58,361 nucleotides of DNA from Octopus bimaculoides (lineage: Eukaryota). The DNA lies in contig NC_068996.1 in NCBI RefSeq assembly GCF_001194135.2, positions 13,934,659 through 13,993,019 of the forward strand, written 5' to 3'. The position numbers were made by a program, and so were the translations under genes. Within the stretch, counting starts at the first letter, position 1. Each line of letters begins with the position of its first letter. The notes under the pieces are model-generated. The model worked only from the letters and a program-made list of their open reading frames with translations, did not search any database and was not told where the DNA came from. Below are positions 25,716 through 38,372 of this stretch, one piece after another.

Positions 25716-26645
25716 TATAAATTTATTATTTTTATTTTATTATTTATATCTTTGTTATTACTATTATTTATATTATTATCATTGCTATCATTATTTATGT
25801 TGTTATTATTACTATATCATCATCATCACTGCTATGTCAACCTTAATTTCAACACAATTTCCGCACCATTATACAACCGTACATCTTGCCAAGGACGGTT
25901 TTACAACAGATATTCGCTCTCTTAAAAATAATTATTATTCCTTTTTTTTTAATAGCTACAAAGCCTCAAAAACATTTAGGGTTATACAAACCAAAAGACA
26001 ACGAAGATTAACTTAGAAACGTGTGAACAATAAAAAAAATAACAATTTGAGAAACAAATCTTAATAAAAGTCACTAATATGAAGAAAATGTCATTCGGGG
26101 GCAACCTAAGAAGTCAGCAGATCCCGAGTCACCCTACTCATCAGGAGTACCACGGCAAGCGCTGCTTTCTCCTCCATAAACTCCAGTCTACAGGCGTGTG
26201 CTTAAACCAGGTTCGTTTACTAGTGCCAGTTATGCTACATTCCCCCGTCTTTCAATAATAATAGCAACAACAACAACAATTATAATGGTAATTTCTTTGG
26301 TGATGACTTACATAGAATGAAAGGATGGGTAAAATGGTAGAGTGTACACGACATAAATATCAACAAAAAGGATTATACATTCTATAGATCAATAAAAGAA
26401 AACGAAAAATTTCACAGTAATGTGATTCTTCTGATACAAGAAGTTCTCTGGGGACAGTCAATGAACCCCACCCTTCAAGATATTCCTGAACACCAAGAAC
26501 AAGTGCCCACTTTAATTCCTATTCTTCGACAAACAGATTTATACTTAGAGCGGTGTATCCACTCCTGTCATTTTCGCCACTTTCACCCACCTGCGCTAGG
26601 GTCGGATTTTCAATTCTATTTTTATCCTTGTTAATACATCAATTT

Positions 26646-26653
26646 GTTTGTGT

Positions 26654-26750
<97 letters not shown>
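26646..26750. repeat. (TG)n microsatellite
   Basis: About 50 TG units. Confidence 0.97.
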
Positions 26751-26751
<1 letters not shown>

Positions 26752-27277
26752 CAGAGAGAAAGAAAGAGATCTGTTGCTGGTGTTAGAACAGGGAGATCAT
26801 GTTTCACCAGGCATTTTCTGATATCTTTCCCAATCACATTCGATGATGATGATGTTGGTAGTGGCGGTGGTGGCTTCATTGTTTCTGTTAAAAGTTTTCC
26901 ATGTCTATTTGCCTTAAAATCTGTTGTTGTACCACAATAATCTGTTTTCACAACGACAATATAGCGCATCCCAATCAACTCCTCTTTCACTGCCTTTTGA
27001 TAACATTCAACACTCTCTTCTCTTATACCATTAACAAGTTTCACTGACTTGTCTAATGTTTTCTCCATGGAGGGAGAAACGAAGTTTTCATTGCAGAATC
27101 AAAATGAAATCGAGATTTCCCTGCAAAATGGTGGACAACGTGCAAAAACATACACATCAGATGGCGACAAACAACTTATCTTGCAAGATGATATAAATCT
27201 CGAAGCTGAACGCATGGTTTTCTCTAATTTATGAAACCGATGTCAAGCATTACTATCCCAGTAATACTAATAATAAT

Positions 27278-27489
27278 CGTTTCTACTAAAGACACAAGGC
27301 CTCAAATTTTGTGGGAAGGGGACAAGTCGATTACGTCGACCCCCAGTACTCAACTGGTACTTATTTTAGCGATCCAGAAAGAATGAAAGGCAAAGTTAAC
27401 CTCTGTGGAATTTGAACTGAGAACGTAAAGGCGGACGAAATACCGCTAAGCATTTTGCCCGGCGTGCTAACGATTCTGTCAGCTCGCCG
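27278..27489 (-). mobile_element. Near full-length SINE family A copy
   Basis: The reverse complement begins gcggcgagctgacagaatcgttagcacgccgggcaaaatgcttagcggtatttcgtccg and ends tgaggccttgtgtctttagtagaaac. Confidence 0.9.
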
Positions 27490-27927
27490 CAACAAATCGA
27501 GACACACATATATATATATGTGTGTGTGTGTGTCTGTGTGTGTCTCGATTTGTAGCTGTAATTCAAAGGAGCCAGCCTTGTCATATTCTCTGTGAGGTTG
27601 AATCTCCCTAAGAACTAAGTTAATGTCATGCATGTCTGTAGAGTACTCAGCCATTTGTGAGTTAATTTTATACTCGTGTGTTAATGAAAAGTGAAATTGA
27701 CATCCAATATTTGCTGTGTCTATGTATATATATATATGAAATTCTCTTCGGATTTATGTATCTAGTGTCTCTCTCACTTTCTCTCTTTCTCTTTCACTTC
27801 CTTTGTGTCTCTCTCCTCTTCCACTTTTGAATTAACAATGTATATATATATCTATGTATCAACTTCTCTTGCGATGTGATAAACATTTAAAAACACAAAA
27901 CGAACGCCATCACCACTCACTGTCTCT

Positions 27928-27962
<35 letters not shown>

Positions 27963-29244
27963 NNNNNNNNNNNNNNNNNNNNNNNNNNNNNNNNNNNNNN
28001 NNNNNNNNNNNNNNNNNNNNNNNNNNNNNNNNNNNNNNNNNNNNNNNNNNNNNNNNNNNNNNNNNNNNNNNNNNNNNNNNNNNNNNNNNNNNNNNNNNNN
28101 NNNNNNNNNNNNNNNNNNNNNNNNNNNNNNNNNNNNNNNNNNNNNNNNNNNNNNNNNNNNNNNNNNNNNNNNNNNNNNNNNNNNNNNNNNNNNNNNNNNN
28201 NNNNNNNNNNNNNNNNNNNNNNNNNNNNNNNNNNNNNNNNNNNNNNNNNNNNNNNNNNNNNNNNNNNNNNNNNNNNNNNNNNNNNNNNNNNNNNNNNNNN
28301 NNNNNNNNNNNNNNNNNNNNNNNNNNNNNNNNNNNNNNNNNNNNNNNNNNNNNNNNNNNNNNNNNNNNNNNNNNNNNNNNNNNNNNNNNNNNNNNNNNNN
28401 NNNNNNNNNNNNNNNNNNNNNNNNNNNNNNNNNNNNNNNNNNNNNNNNNNNNNNNNNNNNNNNNNNNNNNNNNNNNNNNNNNNNNNNNNNNNNNNNNNNN
28501 NNNNNNNNNNNNNNNNNNNNNNNNNNNNNNNNNNNNNNNNNNNNNNNNNNNNNNNNNNNNNNNNNNNNNNNNNNNNNNNNNNNNNNNNNNNNNNNNNNNN
28601 NNNNNNNNNNNNNNNNNNNNNNNNNNNNNNNNNNNNNNNNNNNNNNNNNNNNNNNNNNNNNNNNNNNNNNNNNNNNNNNNNNNNNNNNNNNNNNNNNNNN
28701 NNNNNNNNNNNNNNNNNNNNNNNNNNNNNNNNNNNNNNNNNNNNNNNNNNNNNNNNNNNNNNNNNNNNNNNNNNNNNNNNNNNNNNNNNTAATTTATCAA
28801 CCGTGAAAGAATGAAAGGATGAAAAGGCCAAAGTCGAACTCGGCGGAATTTAAACTAAGAATGTAGCGATGGGCAAAATACCGTGAAGCAAAGGATTCTG
28901 CCGGATTCGAATATTGGCACAAGACTAATAATTCTGATGAATTATATTGTCCCTAGTGCTCGAATGGGTTTCCAAGTCTGTGGTTTCGAGTCCCATAGCG
29001 TGGAACATTAAGTGTCTTCTACTATACTCCGAGGCTGATCAATACCTTGTGAGGCAAGTTTGCAGACGGAAACTGTGTGGAAGCCTTCCTATATCGGTAT
29101 AGCGGTATTTATATATGAACGTGCGTAAGTCTGGGCATATGTATAAAAATATCCATATTTATGAATGTAGATGTATATGCATGCAATTGTACATTTTGGT
29201 TTAATAAATGTATAGAGTAGAATTTTTTATGTGTTTGTATATAC

Positions 29245-29275
<31 letters not shown>

Positions 29276-29492
29276 AAGAGAGAGATACAGAAGGGGGAAA
29301 GAAAGAGAGAATAATAGACAGATATAGACTCATCGATAGATACACAAATATATATACAGAGAGAGGGAGAAAGACAGACAGACTGACAGACAGACAGGGA
29401 CAGAGAGACAGACAGAGAGGCAGACACATAAAGAGATGCACAGATATATGATTGTGTACAAGCATACATATATACACGTTATCTATCTATCT

Positions 29493-29529
<37 letters not shown>

Positions 29530-30519
29530 CATACATATATATATATANNNNNNNNNNNNNNNNNNNNNNNNNNNNNNNNNNNNNNNNNNNNNNNNNNNNN
29601 NNNNNNNNNNNNNNNNNNNNNNNNNNNNNNNNNNNNNNNNNNNNNNNNNNNNNNNNNNNNNNNNNNNNNNNNNNNNNNNNNNNNNNNNNNNNNNNNNNNN
29701 NNNNNNNNNNNNNNNNNNNNNNNNNNNNNNNNNNNNNNNNNNNNNNNNNNNNNNNNNNNNNNNNNNNNNNNNNNNNNNNNNNNNNNNNNNNNNNNNNNNN
29801 NNNNNNNNNNNNNNNNNNNNNNNNNNNNNNNNNNNNNNNNNNNNNNNNNNNNNNNNNNNNNNNNNNNNNNNNNNNNNNNNNNNNNNNNNNNNNNNNNNNN
29901 NNNNNNNNNNNNNNNNNNNNNNNNNNNNNNNNNNNNNNNNNNNNNNNNNNNNNNNNNNNNNNNNNNNNNNNNNNNNNNNNNNNNNNNNNNNNNNNNNNNN
30001 NNNNNNNNNNNNNNNNNNNNNNNNNNNNNNNNNNNNNNNNNNNNNNNNNNNNNNNNNNNNNNNNNNNNNNNNNNNNNNNNNNNNNNNNNNNNNNNNNNNN
30101 NNNNNNNNNNNNNNNNNNNNNNNNNNNNNNNNNNNNNNNNNNNNNNATATATATATATATATATATATACATACATACGTACATACCAATTCATGTATCT
30201 GTATACATATTTAGGCATGCATATACGCCCACAGCCCACACACATCCATGTACACACGCTAATACACACATACACACACAGATTTGATGAATGCGTATAA
30301 TATTATGAAAGCGAGAAAGAATACAAATCTAGCTTTGGGCACTAGAATTAATTTTTTAGCTATATGCTTTTAGCAAATTAAGAACCACTTTTAAGAATCG
30401 ATTTGTATCAAAGTTAAATGTTAACAGGTTTTCTAACAAATTCTGTAACAGGAGTTATGGTTTTCAGTCTAAGTGTCTGGATGTTCAGTCCTGAATATGG
30501 CTTTAAACCGCATTCCACA

Positions 30520-31220
30520 ATAGGGCCCTGGGTCTAGAATTCCAAAGTTTTGAGGAGTGTGGAACCACTTCTTAGCTACTAATGCTCCCATGTCTACTCT
30601 GGTGCTGTGTAATAGCACCTGTCAGGTGCTATGCGTTAATTAGCCTGCATGTCACGGAATAACCTCCGGTAGTGGAGCTCTGGTTCAGGAATTTCAGCGT
30701 TTTAAAGTATGTGGAACCATCCTATAGTCACCCTTGTATTCAGGTCAACTGGCGGTAGTAGCTCCTGTTCCAGCTACGGGTTAATTAGCATATAATGGAA
30801 GTAATTCGAAGCATAAGCCATAAATGCTTTTGGAAAGAAGAACACCATTGGGGAGTCAACCTAAGCAGCAAATTAGAAGTGAAGACCATTAAGTAGTCCG
30901 GTTCCCGCTTTGTCACCCTTCCCACAACTCCAGGGGCCTCCCCAGCTTTGTAAAACAAATTACTTAGGAAAAGGCTACTACAATGTAAAACCTACAGCTT
31001 GCTGGACACCGCAAGCGACTTAACTCGCTGTGTCATTGCAACCAGACTACTACTATGTCTTAGATATGACGTTAAAATATATCTGGTAGTTGGGCCCTGG
31101 TCCGGGAATTCTGGTGTTTTGAGCGGTGTGGAATCACCTTTTAGCCACTATTGTTCCTAGGTCTTTTCTTACCCTGAGTAGTAGCATCTATCAGGGTCCC
31201 CAGGTAAGGGTTAATTAGTA
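30520..31220 (+). repeat. Three diverged copies of an approximately 130 bp unit
   Basis: gggccctgg.t.tagaattcca..gttttgag..gtgtggaacca...gtagtagc.cct.t.agg...ggttaattag at about 30522, 30672 and 31090. Confidence 0.7.
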
Positions 31221-31812
31221 CGTTTGCAAGATGGCCGAAAAATGCCGATATTGACGAATATTCTGGGAGACCTGCAACCGGCAGATCTGAGAAAAACATC
31301 ACAGATGTGCGGGCAGCTCTGAGGGAAAATCGTCGAATCACTATGCGTGAGTTATCAGAAGATGTGCAGATTAGTTACAATTCAGTTCAGTCCATTATCA
31401 CTGAAGATTTGGGTATGAGACGAGTGTCTGCTAAGTTTATGCCCAAACTGTTTTCAGTTTACGAAAAAGACACTCGGGTTTCAGTTGCATAAAATCTCCT
31501 TGATTGTCTCGAGAACGATGAAAACGTCTTGAGAACTGTGAGTAGCCCTCTGAACAGATATCGCCAAGTTTTTGGCAAAATTTGATGTAGATTCTATGCT
31601 CAACTTACTCTGTCATGGTCAATGGCATGATCACACACTACACATGTTCCTTCCAAGCACTGCTATCAACACCGAAAGAGAACTAGAACGTTAAAACTTA
31701 GTGCACATGCAGCGCAGAGTTCGAGGTTAATCTGGGCCATGTAGCTTCACTTTGCGTGCGTTAGCTTTGTTTCTATGGCGACAGTCTGGATACTTATTGA
31801 TCAGACTACGTA
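31220..31812 (+). mobile_element. Non-autonomous mariner derivative, copy A (5'-truncated): HTH-region fragment plus inverted left end
   Basis: Plus strand: NADIDEYSGRPATGRSEKNITDVRAALRENRRITMRELSEDVQISYNSVQSIITEDLGMRRVSAKFMPKL. From about 31535 the minus strand reads TIR, leader, MTE*VEHRIYIKFCQKLGDICSEGY. Ends ...tgatcagactacgTA. Confidence 0.9.
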
Positions 31813-31834
31813 TCCTTCAGTTTTCTATCTTTCA

Positions 31835-32030
31835 TCTTTTATTTGTTTACGTCATTAGACTGCGGCCGTGCTGCAGCACTGCCTTAAATCTTTTAGTCGA
31901 ATGAATCGACCCCAGAACTTACTTTTTAAGCCTGGCACTTATTCTATCGTACTCTTATGCCAAACCAGTAAGTTACGAGGACGTGAACACACCAGTACCG
32001 GTTGTCAAATGGTGATGAGGGACAAACACA
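31835..32030 (-). mobile_element. SINE family B 3' half
   Basis: The reverse complement contains ggtgtgttcacgtcctcgtaactt...gatagaataagtgccaggctt...ggcagtgctgcagcacggccgcagtctaatgac. Confidence 0.85.
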
Positions 32031-32045
32031 GAAACACACGCATAG

Positions 32046-32086
<41 letters not shown>

Positions 32087-32996
32087 NNNNNNNNNNNNNN
32101 NNNNNNNNNNNNNNNNNNNNNNNNNNNNNNNNNNNNNNNNNNNNNNNNNNNNNNNNNNNNNNNNNNNNNNNNNNNNNNNNNNNNNNNNNNNNNNNNNNNN
32201 NNNNNNNNNNNNNNNNNNNNNNNNNNNNNNNNNNNNNNNNNNNNNNNNNNNNNNNNNNNNNNNNNNNNNNNNNNNNNNNNNNNNNNNNNNNNNNNNNNNN
32301 NNNNNNNNNNNNNNNNNNNNNNNNNNNNNNNNNNNNNNNNNNNNNNNNNNNNNNNNNNNNNNNNNNNNNNNNNNNNNNNNNNNNNNNNNNNNNNNNNNNN
32401 NNNNNNNNNNNNNNNNNNNNNNNNNNNNNNNNNNNNNNNNNNNNNNNNNNNNNNNNNNNNNNNNNNNNNNNNNNNNNNNNNNNNNNNNNNNNNNNNNNNN
32501 NNNNNNNNNNNNNNNNNNNNNNNNNNNNNNNNNNNNNNNNNNNNNNNNNNNNNNNNNNNNNNNNNNNNNNNNNNNNNNNNNNNNNNNNNNNNNNNNNNNN
32601 NNNNNNNNNNNNNNNNNNNNNNNNNNNNNNNNNNNNNNNNNNNNNNNNNNNNNNNNNNNNNNNNNNNNNNNNNNNNNNNNNNNNNNNNNNNNNNNNNNNN
32701 NNNNNNNNNNNNNNNNNNNNNNNNNNNNNNNNNNNNNNNNNNNNNNNNNNNNNNNNNNNNNNNNNNNNNNNNNNNNNNNNNNNNNNNNNNNNNNNNNNNN
32801 NNNNNNNNNNNNNNNNNNNNNNNNNNNNNNNNNNNNNNNNNNNNNNNNNNNNNNNNNNNNNNNNNNNNNNNNNNNNNNNNNNNNNNNNNNNNNNNNNNNN
32901 NNNNNNNNNNNNNNNNNNNNNNNNNNNNNNNNNNNNNNNNNNNNNNNNNNNNNNNNNNNNNAAATATATAGATAGATAGATAGATAGATAGATAGA

Positions 32997-33375
32997 TGCA
33001 GGAGTGGCTGTGTGGTAAGTTGCTTGCTTACCAACCACGTGGCTCCGAGTTCAGTCCCTTCTACTATAGTCTCGGGCCGACCAAAGCCTTGTCAGTGGGT
33101 TTGGTAGACGGAAACTGAAAGAAGCCCGTCGTGTATATGTATATTTATTTATATATGTATGGGTATGTATATGCTTCTGTGTCTGTGTTTGTCTCCCCAA
33201 CATTGCTTGACAACCGATGCTGGTGTGTTTACGCCTCCATAATCTAGCGGTTCGGCAAAAGACCCCGATAGAATAAGTACTAGGATTAGAAAGAATAAGT
33301 CCTGGGGTTGATTTCTTCGACTAAAGGCGGTGCTTCAGCATGGCCACAGTCAAATGACCGAAAGAAGTAAAAGTT
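32997..33375 (+). mobile_element. Near full-length SINE family B copy
   Basis: Head gcaggagtggctgtgtggtaagttgcttgcttaccaaccacgtggctccgagttcagtccc (A/B-box-like), internal TA/TG repeat, and tail ggcggtgcttcagcatggccacagtcaaatgaccgaaag. Confidence 0.9.
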
Positions 33376-33380
33376 AAAAT

Positions 33381-33429
<49 letters not shown>

Positions 33430-33441
33430 NNNNNNNNNNNN

Positions 33442-33512
<71 letters not shown>

Positions 33513-33592
33513 TAGAGAGAGGAATAGATGGATGGATGGTTACATGCATACATACATACATACGTACATACATACATACATACATACATACA

Positions 33593-33623
<31 letters not shown>

Positions 33624-33990
33624 TTATCAAAGTGGAGGCGCTTGGTTTAATTGTTTAGATATAGAATTCATGATTAACATTTTTGTTTCGATTCCTAGGC
33701 GTGGCGATGTGCTGTCCTCAAGAGAAAATCACTCCATTTCATTTTGCTGCATTCCACTTAACTGGCGAAAATGAGTAATGCGTCCAGGGGGGTGTTGTGA
33801 TGTTACTCACTTCTATGTGACGCAGAATCTCGTGACGAACCGGCATCTCCTCCCATCGAACTGGAAAACTGGCCTTATGAGTCTACAAGAACTGTAAAAG
33901 AACTTTATCCTTTATATATTCGCATATATACACGCTTGTTACGATTCATATATATATTGGATGTCCACCTAGAGGTCATCCCTTCTTATA

Positions 33991-34071
<81 letters not shown>

Positions 34072-34592
34072 ACATATATACATATATACATATATGCATA
34101 TATATATATATATATACATGTATATATATACGTATGTAGCTATATATGTATGTATATATGTATGTAGCTATATATGTAGGAACGTATGTATGAATGCATG
34201 CCTATTCATATGTATATAAATAATACAAATAAATGCATGTATACAAAAGTTTGTGTATATATGTGTATGCGTGTTGTATACATTTACAGATACATGCATA
34301 CATTCTTCTAGCTAAACATACATACACACAAACATTCTTAACCACAGACATACATGCACACATATACACACACATAATGGTACGTATACACACTCACGTA
34401 AATATCTCCCACCAGAATATGAATACACGAATTTAAAAATCATATGAACGGATTAAGCAAATTCGTCTTAAGCTACACTTCAGCTGAATAAAGGAGATTA
34501 GGTCTTTAAGATTTGGTTAAACCCAATCACAATTAATTTGTATTGAAACGATGAATACTTAATGAGTTGCATGCTGAACCTTTAAGTTTTAT

Positions 34593-34641
<49 letters not shown>

Positions 34642-35257
34642 AATGCGTTTAGATTGGTTGTGTGATAAAAAGTTGGCTTCCAAACCATGTGATTTTGGGA
34701 TTAATCCCACTGAGCTGCAACTTGGGTGTCTTCTACTATAGAACTATGAATATATTTACGTACGTGTGTGTGTGTGTGTGCGCGCGCGCCCTTGTTTCTC
34801 ACTACCGCGGTTCGGTAACGAGCNNNNNNNNNNNNNNNNNNNNNNNNNNNNNNNNNNNNNNNNNNNNNNNNNNNNNNNNNNNNNNNNNNNNNNNNNNNNN
34901 NNNNNNNNNNNNNNNNNNNNNNNNNNNNNNNNNNNNNNNNNNNNNNNNNNNNNNNNNNNNNNNNNNNNNNNNNNNNNNNNNNNNNNNNNNNNNNNNNNNN
35001 NNNNNNNNNNNNNNNNNNNNNNNNNNNNNNNNNNNNNNNNNNNNNNNNNNNNNNNNNNNNNNNNNNNNNNNNNNNNNNNNNNNNNNNNNNNNNNNNNNNN
35101 NNNNNNNNNNNNNNNNNNNNNNNNNNNNNNNNNNNNNNNNNNNNNNNNNNNNNNNNNNNNNNNNNNNNNNNNNNNNNNNNNNNNNNNNNNNNNNNNNNNN
35201 NNNNNNNNNNNNNNNNNNNNNNNNNNNNNNNNNNNNNNNNNNNNNNNNNNNNNNNNN

Positions 35258-35566
35258 GTGTGCACAGTCTGTGACAGACCATGTCTGTCCTTGGCTGGCC
35301 TCAAATCTCACCTGCGAACCCATGGAAAACAAACCTCACCCAGCTATTCTGATTATATGTCTGTGCACACGTTTGAATGTGGTGTGTGCCAGAGGGTTTG
35401 CAAATCCAATGGGGGTCTTAAAAGACATGTTAGGATCCACAATGAGCAGAACTTACTTGCAGGTATTGGTAGTGCAAATCAGAGGTGCAATCTGTGTGGG
35501 TGTTTTTTCAAAACACTGTCTGGTTTAAAAAGCCACATCAGACGCCATGAAAGGGCTAAGGTGTAG
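35258..35566 (+). CDS. Open frame with three C2H2 zinc fingers, probably the C-terminus of an RTE-type LINE ORF2 (5' part lost in a gap)
   Basis: CTVCDRPCLSLAGLKSHLRTH, CGVCQRVCKSNGGLKRHVRIH and CNLCGCFFKTLSGLKSHIRRH: each is Cx2Cx12Hx3H, with no TGEKP linkers and no internal stops; TAG at 35564-35566. Confidence 0.7.
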   Translation: MCTVCDRPCLSLAGLKSHLRTHGKQTSPSYSDYMSVHTFECGVCQRVCKSNGGLKRHVRIHNEQNLLAGIGSANQRCNLCGCFFKTLSGLKSHIRRHERAKV

Positions 35567-36559
35567 GTGCAGGAGGTGGTCAAACTCTGTTTAAGGAGTA
35601 GACAACCACCATATATATATAGGGTGTATGTATGTATTTTATCACTCATATGTATATATTTATATATATACTGATCAGACTTACTGTACGTTGTTTACAC
35701 TGCTGATCCAAATGATTTCCATCTATTTGTTGTAGATCTCAAATGATGTCACTCCTCTGGCCAAGCGGGCAGGCCAATATTTGCCCATTTACAACTGACA
35801 GACTTGGCTATATGAAATGACGTGCTTTACGAAAAAACACAATGCAACCTCGATCTTCCAATCGTGGGCGCTATACCCTAACCACCAGGCCACAAGCCTT
35901 CTAACGAATGCACACACACACACACACACACATGCCTACACACATATGCATATACACACATACATGTATGCATACTTATATACATATATACATTCATTCA
36001 TACATACAAACATGCATACATGGATTCATATATTTATACACGCATACATATATACACAAACATACAAACACATCTGTATAATTTCATTCATACATATATA
36101 CATATACACACATACACACACATATATATATAGGTACACATACATGCATACACTCATACATACATATACGCGTACATACATTCATACAAATACATACACA
36201 GCTGCATAGACACTCATTTATACATACACACACACATACATACATACATACATATATACACACACACATACATATGTACGTACATTCATACATACATACA
36301 TACATACATACGTATATTCATACATACATGCATATATACATATATACATACATACATACATACATGCATATATGCATACATGCATGCATACATACATACA
36401 TACATACATACATACATACATACATACATACATACATACATACATACATAAGACAGTAATATCGATCTGAAGCGCAGCGTCTCTTGGATCGTGATCGGTA
36501 CATCACATTACACTTTGAATGCTATGTATTTGGAATCCGAAAACAAGGGATTGCCACAA

Positions 36560-37110
36560 ACAACTAATAAACAAAAGAGATGGTGAAGAGCTTGGAGTCC
36601 CGAGGTGTAACAGAAAATTTAGATTATGACATTTTTCCATGAACAGCAGATTGCTACTAAATAAGTAAAACAGTCAGTGACACCTTTGGAATTCCAAGAT
36701 GCAACCGAAAATGTATATTATGTCATATTTCTGGGAAAGACATCACACATGTAGTTAGCAACAGCCACCAAAATATCATCATCGTACAATGCCACAGGGA
36801 AAGAAGATTCTCCTGGGATGAATATAGAGAATGTCCTTATTGTTCAATATATACGCAAACGTTAGCACAAAGAATTTCGGTGGAACACTCTCATCAAAAC
36901 TTTTATCATATGAAAACATAGCAGGCCTGATATTGTTGTTTGGGACAGATAAAAAATGTATATACCGTCATAGAGATCAGCTGTCCTACTGATGTGAATA
37001 TCTCTTTGAAAATCAGAAAGAAAGGGAATAACTATGGACAACTACTTCGAAACATCGAGCTTCTTTATTCAGATTATGAGTTCACGTATATACCAATAAA
37101 AAAATCAACC
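36560..37110 (+). mobile_element. Non-LTR retrotransposon with restriction-like endonuclease (R4/NeSL-type), decayed C-terminal fragment
   Basis: RKCILCHISGKDITHVVS (CCHC knuckle region); KEFRWNTLIKT...KHSRPDIVVWDR; TVIEISCPTDVNISLKIRKKGNNYGQLLRNIELLY (PD..D/E.K-type RLE motif). Confidence 0.85.
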
Positions 37111-37579
37111 AACTATCTCGCACATTACAAATACAATCTGTAAGTGTAACAGCAAAAATATGCAAGACTTTTTCTCAAGTATCGAACGTAACATTGTAAC
37201 ATTCCAGAGATGGAGTTTTGTACCTTTGTTAGAAACCAGCTCCTTCCTCAAAGGAACAATTTAAATAATTAAAAATAGGACAGACAATACATGCTATAAC
37301 ATACGAGGGGGGCTCATAGATTAATGTTAAGAGATTTTTGTTGAGGATCGTGAGATTTGTCGTTCGATTTCCGGACCAGGCGGTAAATTGTGTTCTTGCG
37401 CAAATCATTTCATTCCATGTTGCTCTGTGATCACTCCGACATATGGTTTGTGGAACGCCCTGGTGGAATGAATGAGTTAATAATGTACAATACAAGCATT
37501 TGATCACTATGAACAAAGCTGGTTGTTCAGCAAGGAATTAGAGAACCATCTTTGTTGGAAACATATGACTGCCATCAAT

Positions 37580-37624
<45 letters not shown>

Positions 37625-37698
37625 NNNNNNNNNNNNNNNNNNNNNNNNNNNNNNNNNNNNNNNNNNNNNNNNNNNNNNNNNNNNNNNNNNNNNNNNNN

Positions 37699-37749
<51 letters not shown>

Positions 37750-38372
37750 GTGTGTATATATATGAAACGAGTTAAGTGTTTAATCTTTGGTTTAGTTCAA
37801 TCACTCCTAATTTCTTTTGGGAACGATGCAAACTAAATAAATTATTACGCCTCCCAGAAATTTCTATGTTCTTTTCTTCATGTGTATTTTCGTGTTTGTT
37901 ATTTCTATATTCTGTTTCATTTTTTAGTGGTTATTTTCGGGATCGCTAGGGTGAATGTCTCCTAGACTACGATACGTGAAAAATATTAGAGTGCTTGTTG
38001 ATGATGATGAAGATAATGATTGTGATGGAAAGGATGATCATGATGATGAGGATGATGTTCCCCAAGATCATTGAAGATCACAAGGTTTCATGCTACTACT
38101 ACTACTTCTACCCACTACCACCACCACCACCACCACCACCACCACCACCACCACNNNNNNNNNNNNNNNNNNNNNNNNNNNNNNNNNNNNNNNNNNNNNN
38201 NNNNNNNNNNNNNNNNNNNNNNNNNNNNNNNNNNNNNNNNNNNNNNNNNNNNNNNNNNNNNNNNNNNNNNNNNNNNNNNNNNNNNNNNNNNNNNNNNNNN
38301 NNNNNNNNNNNNNNNNNNNNNNNNNNNNNNNNNNNNNNNNNNNNNNNNNNNNNAATAATAATAATAATAATA

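Noticed and set aside
23228-25925. Long poly-I/L/Y/F/S/E ORFs that look like membrane or low-complexity proteins
   Set aside because: They are stop-free frames of (AAT)n, (GAA)n and (TTC)n repeats.
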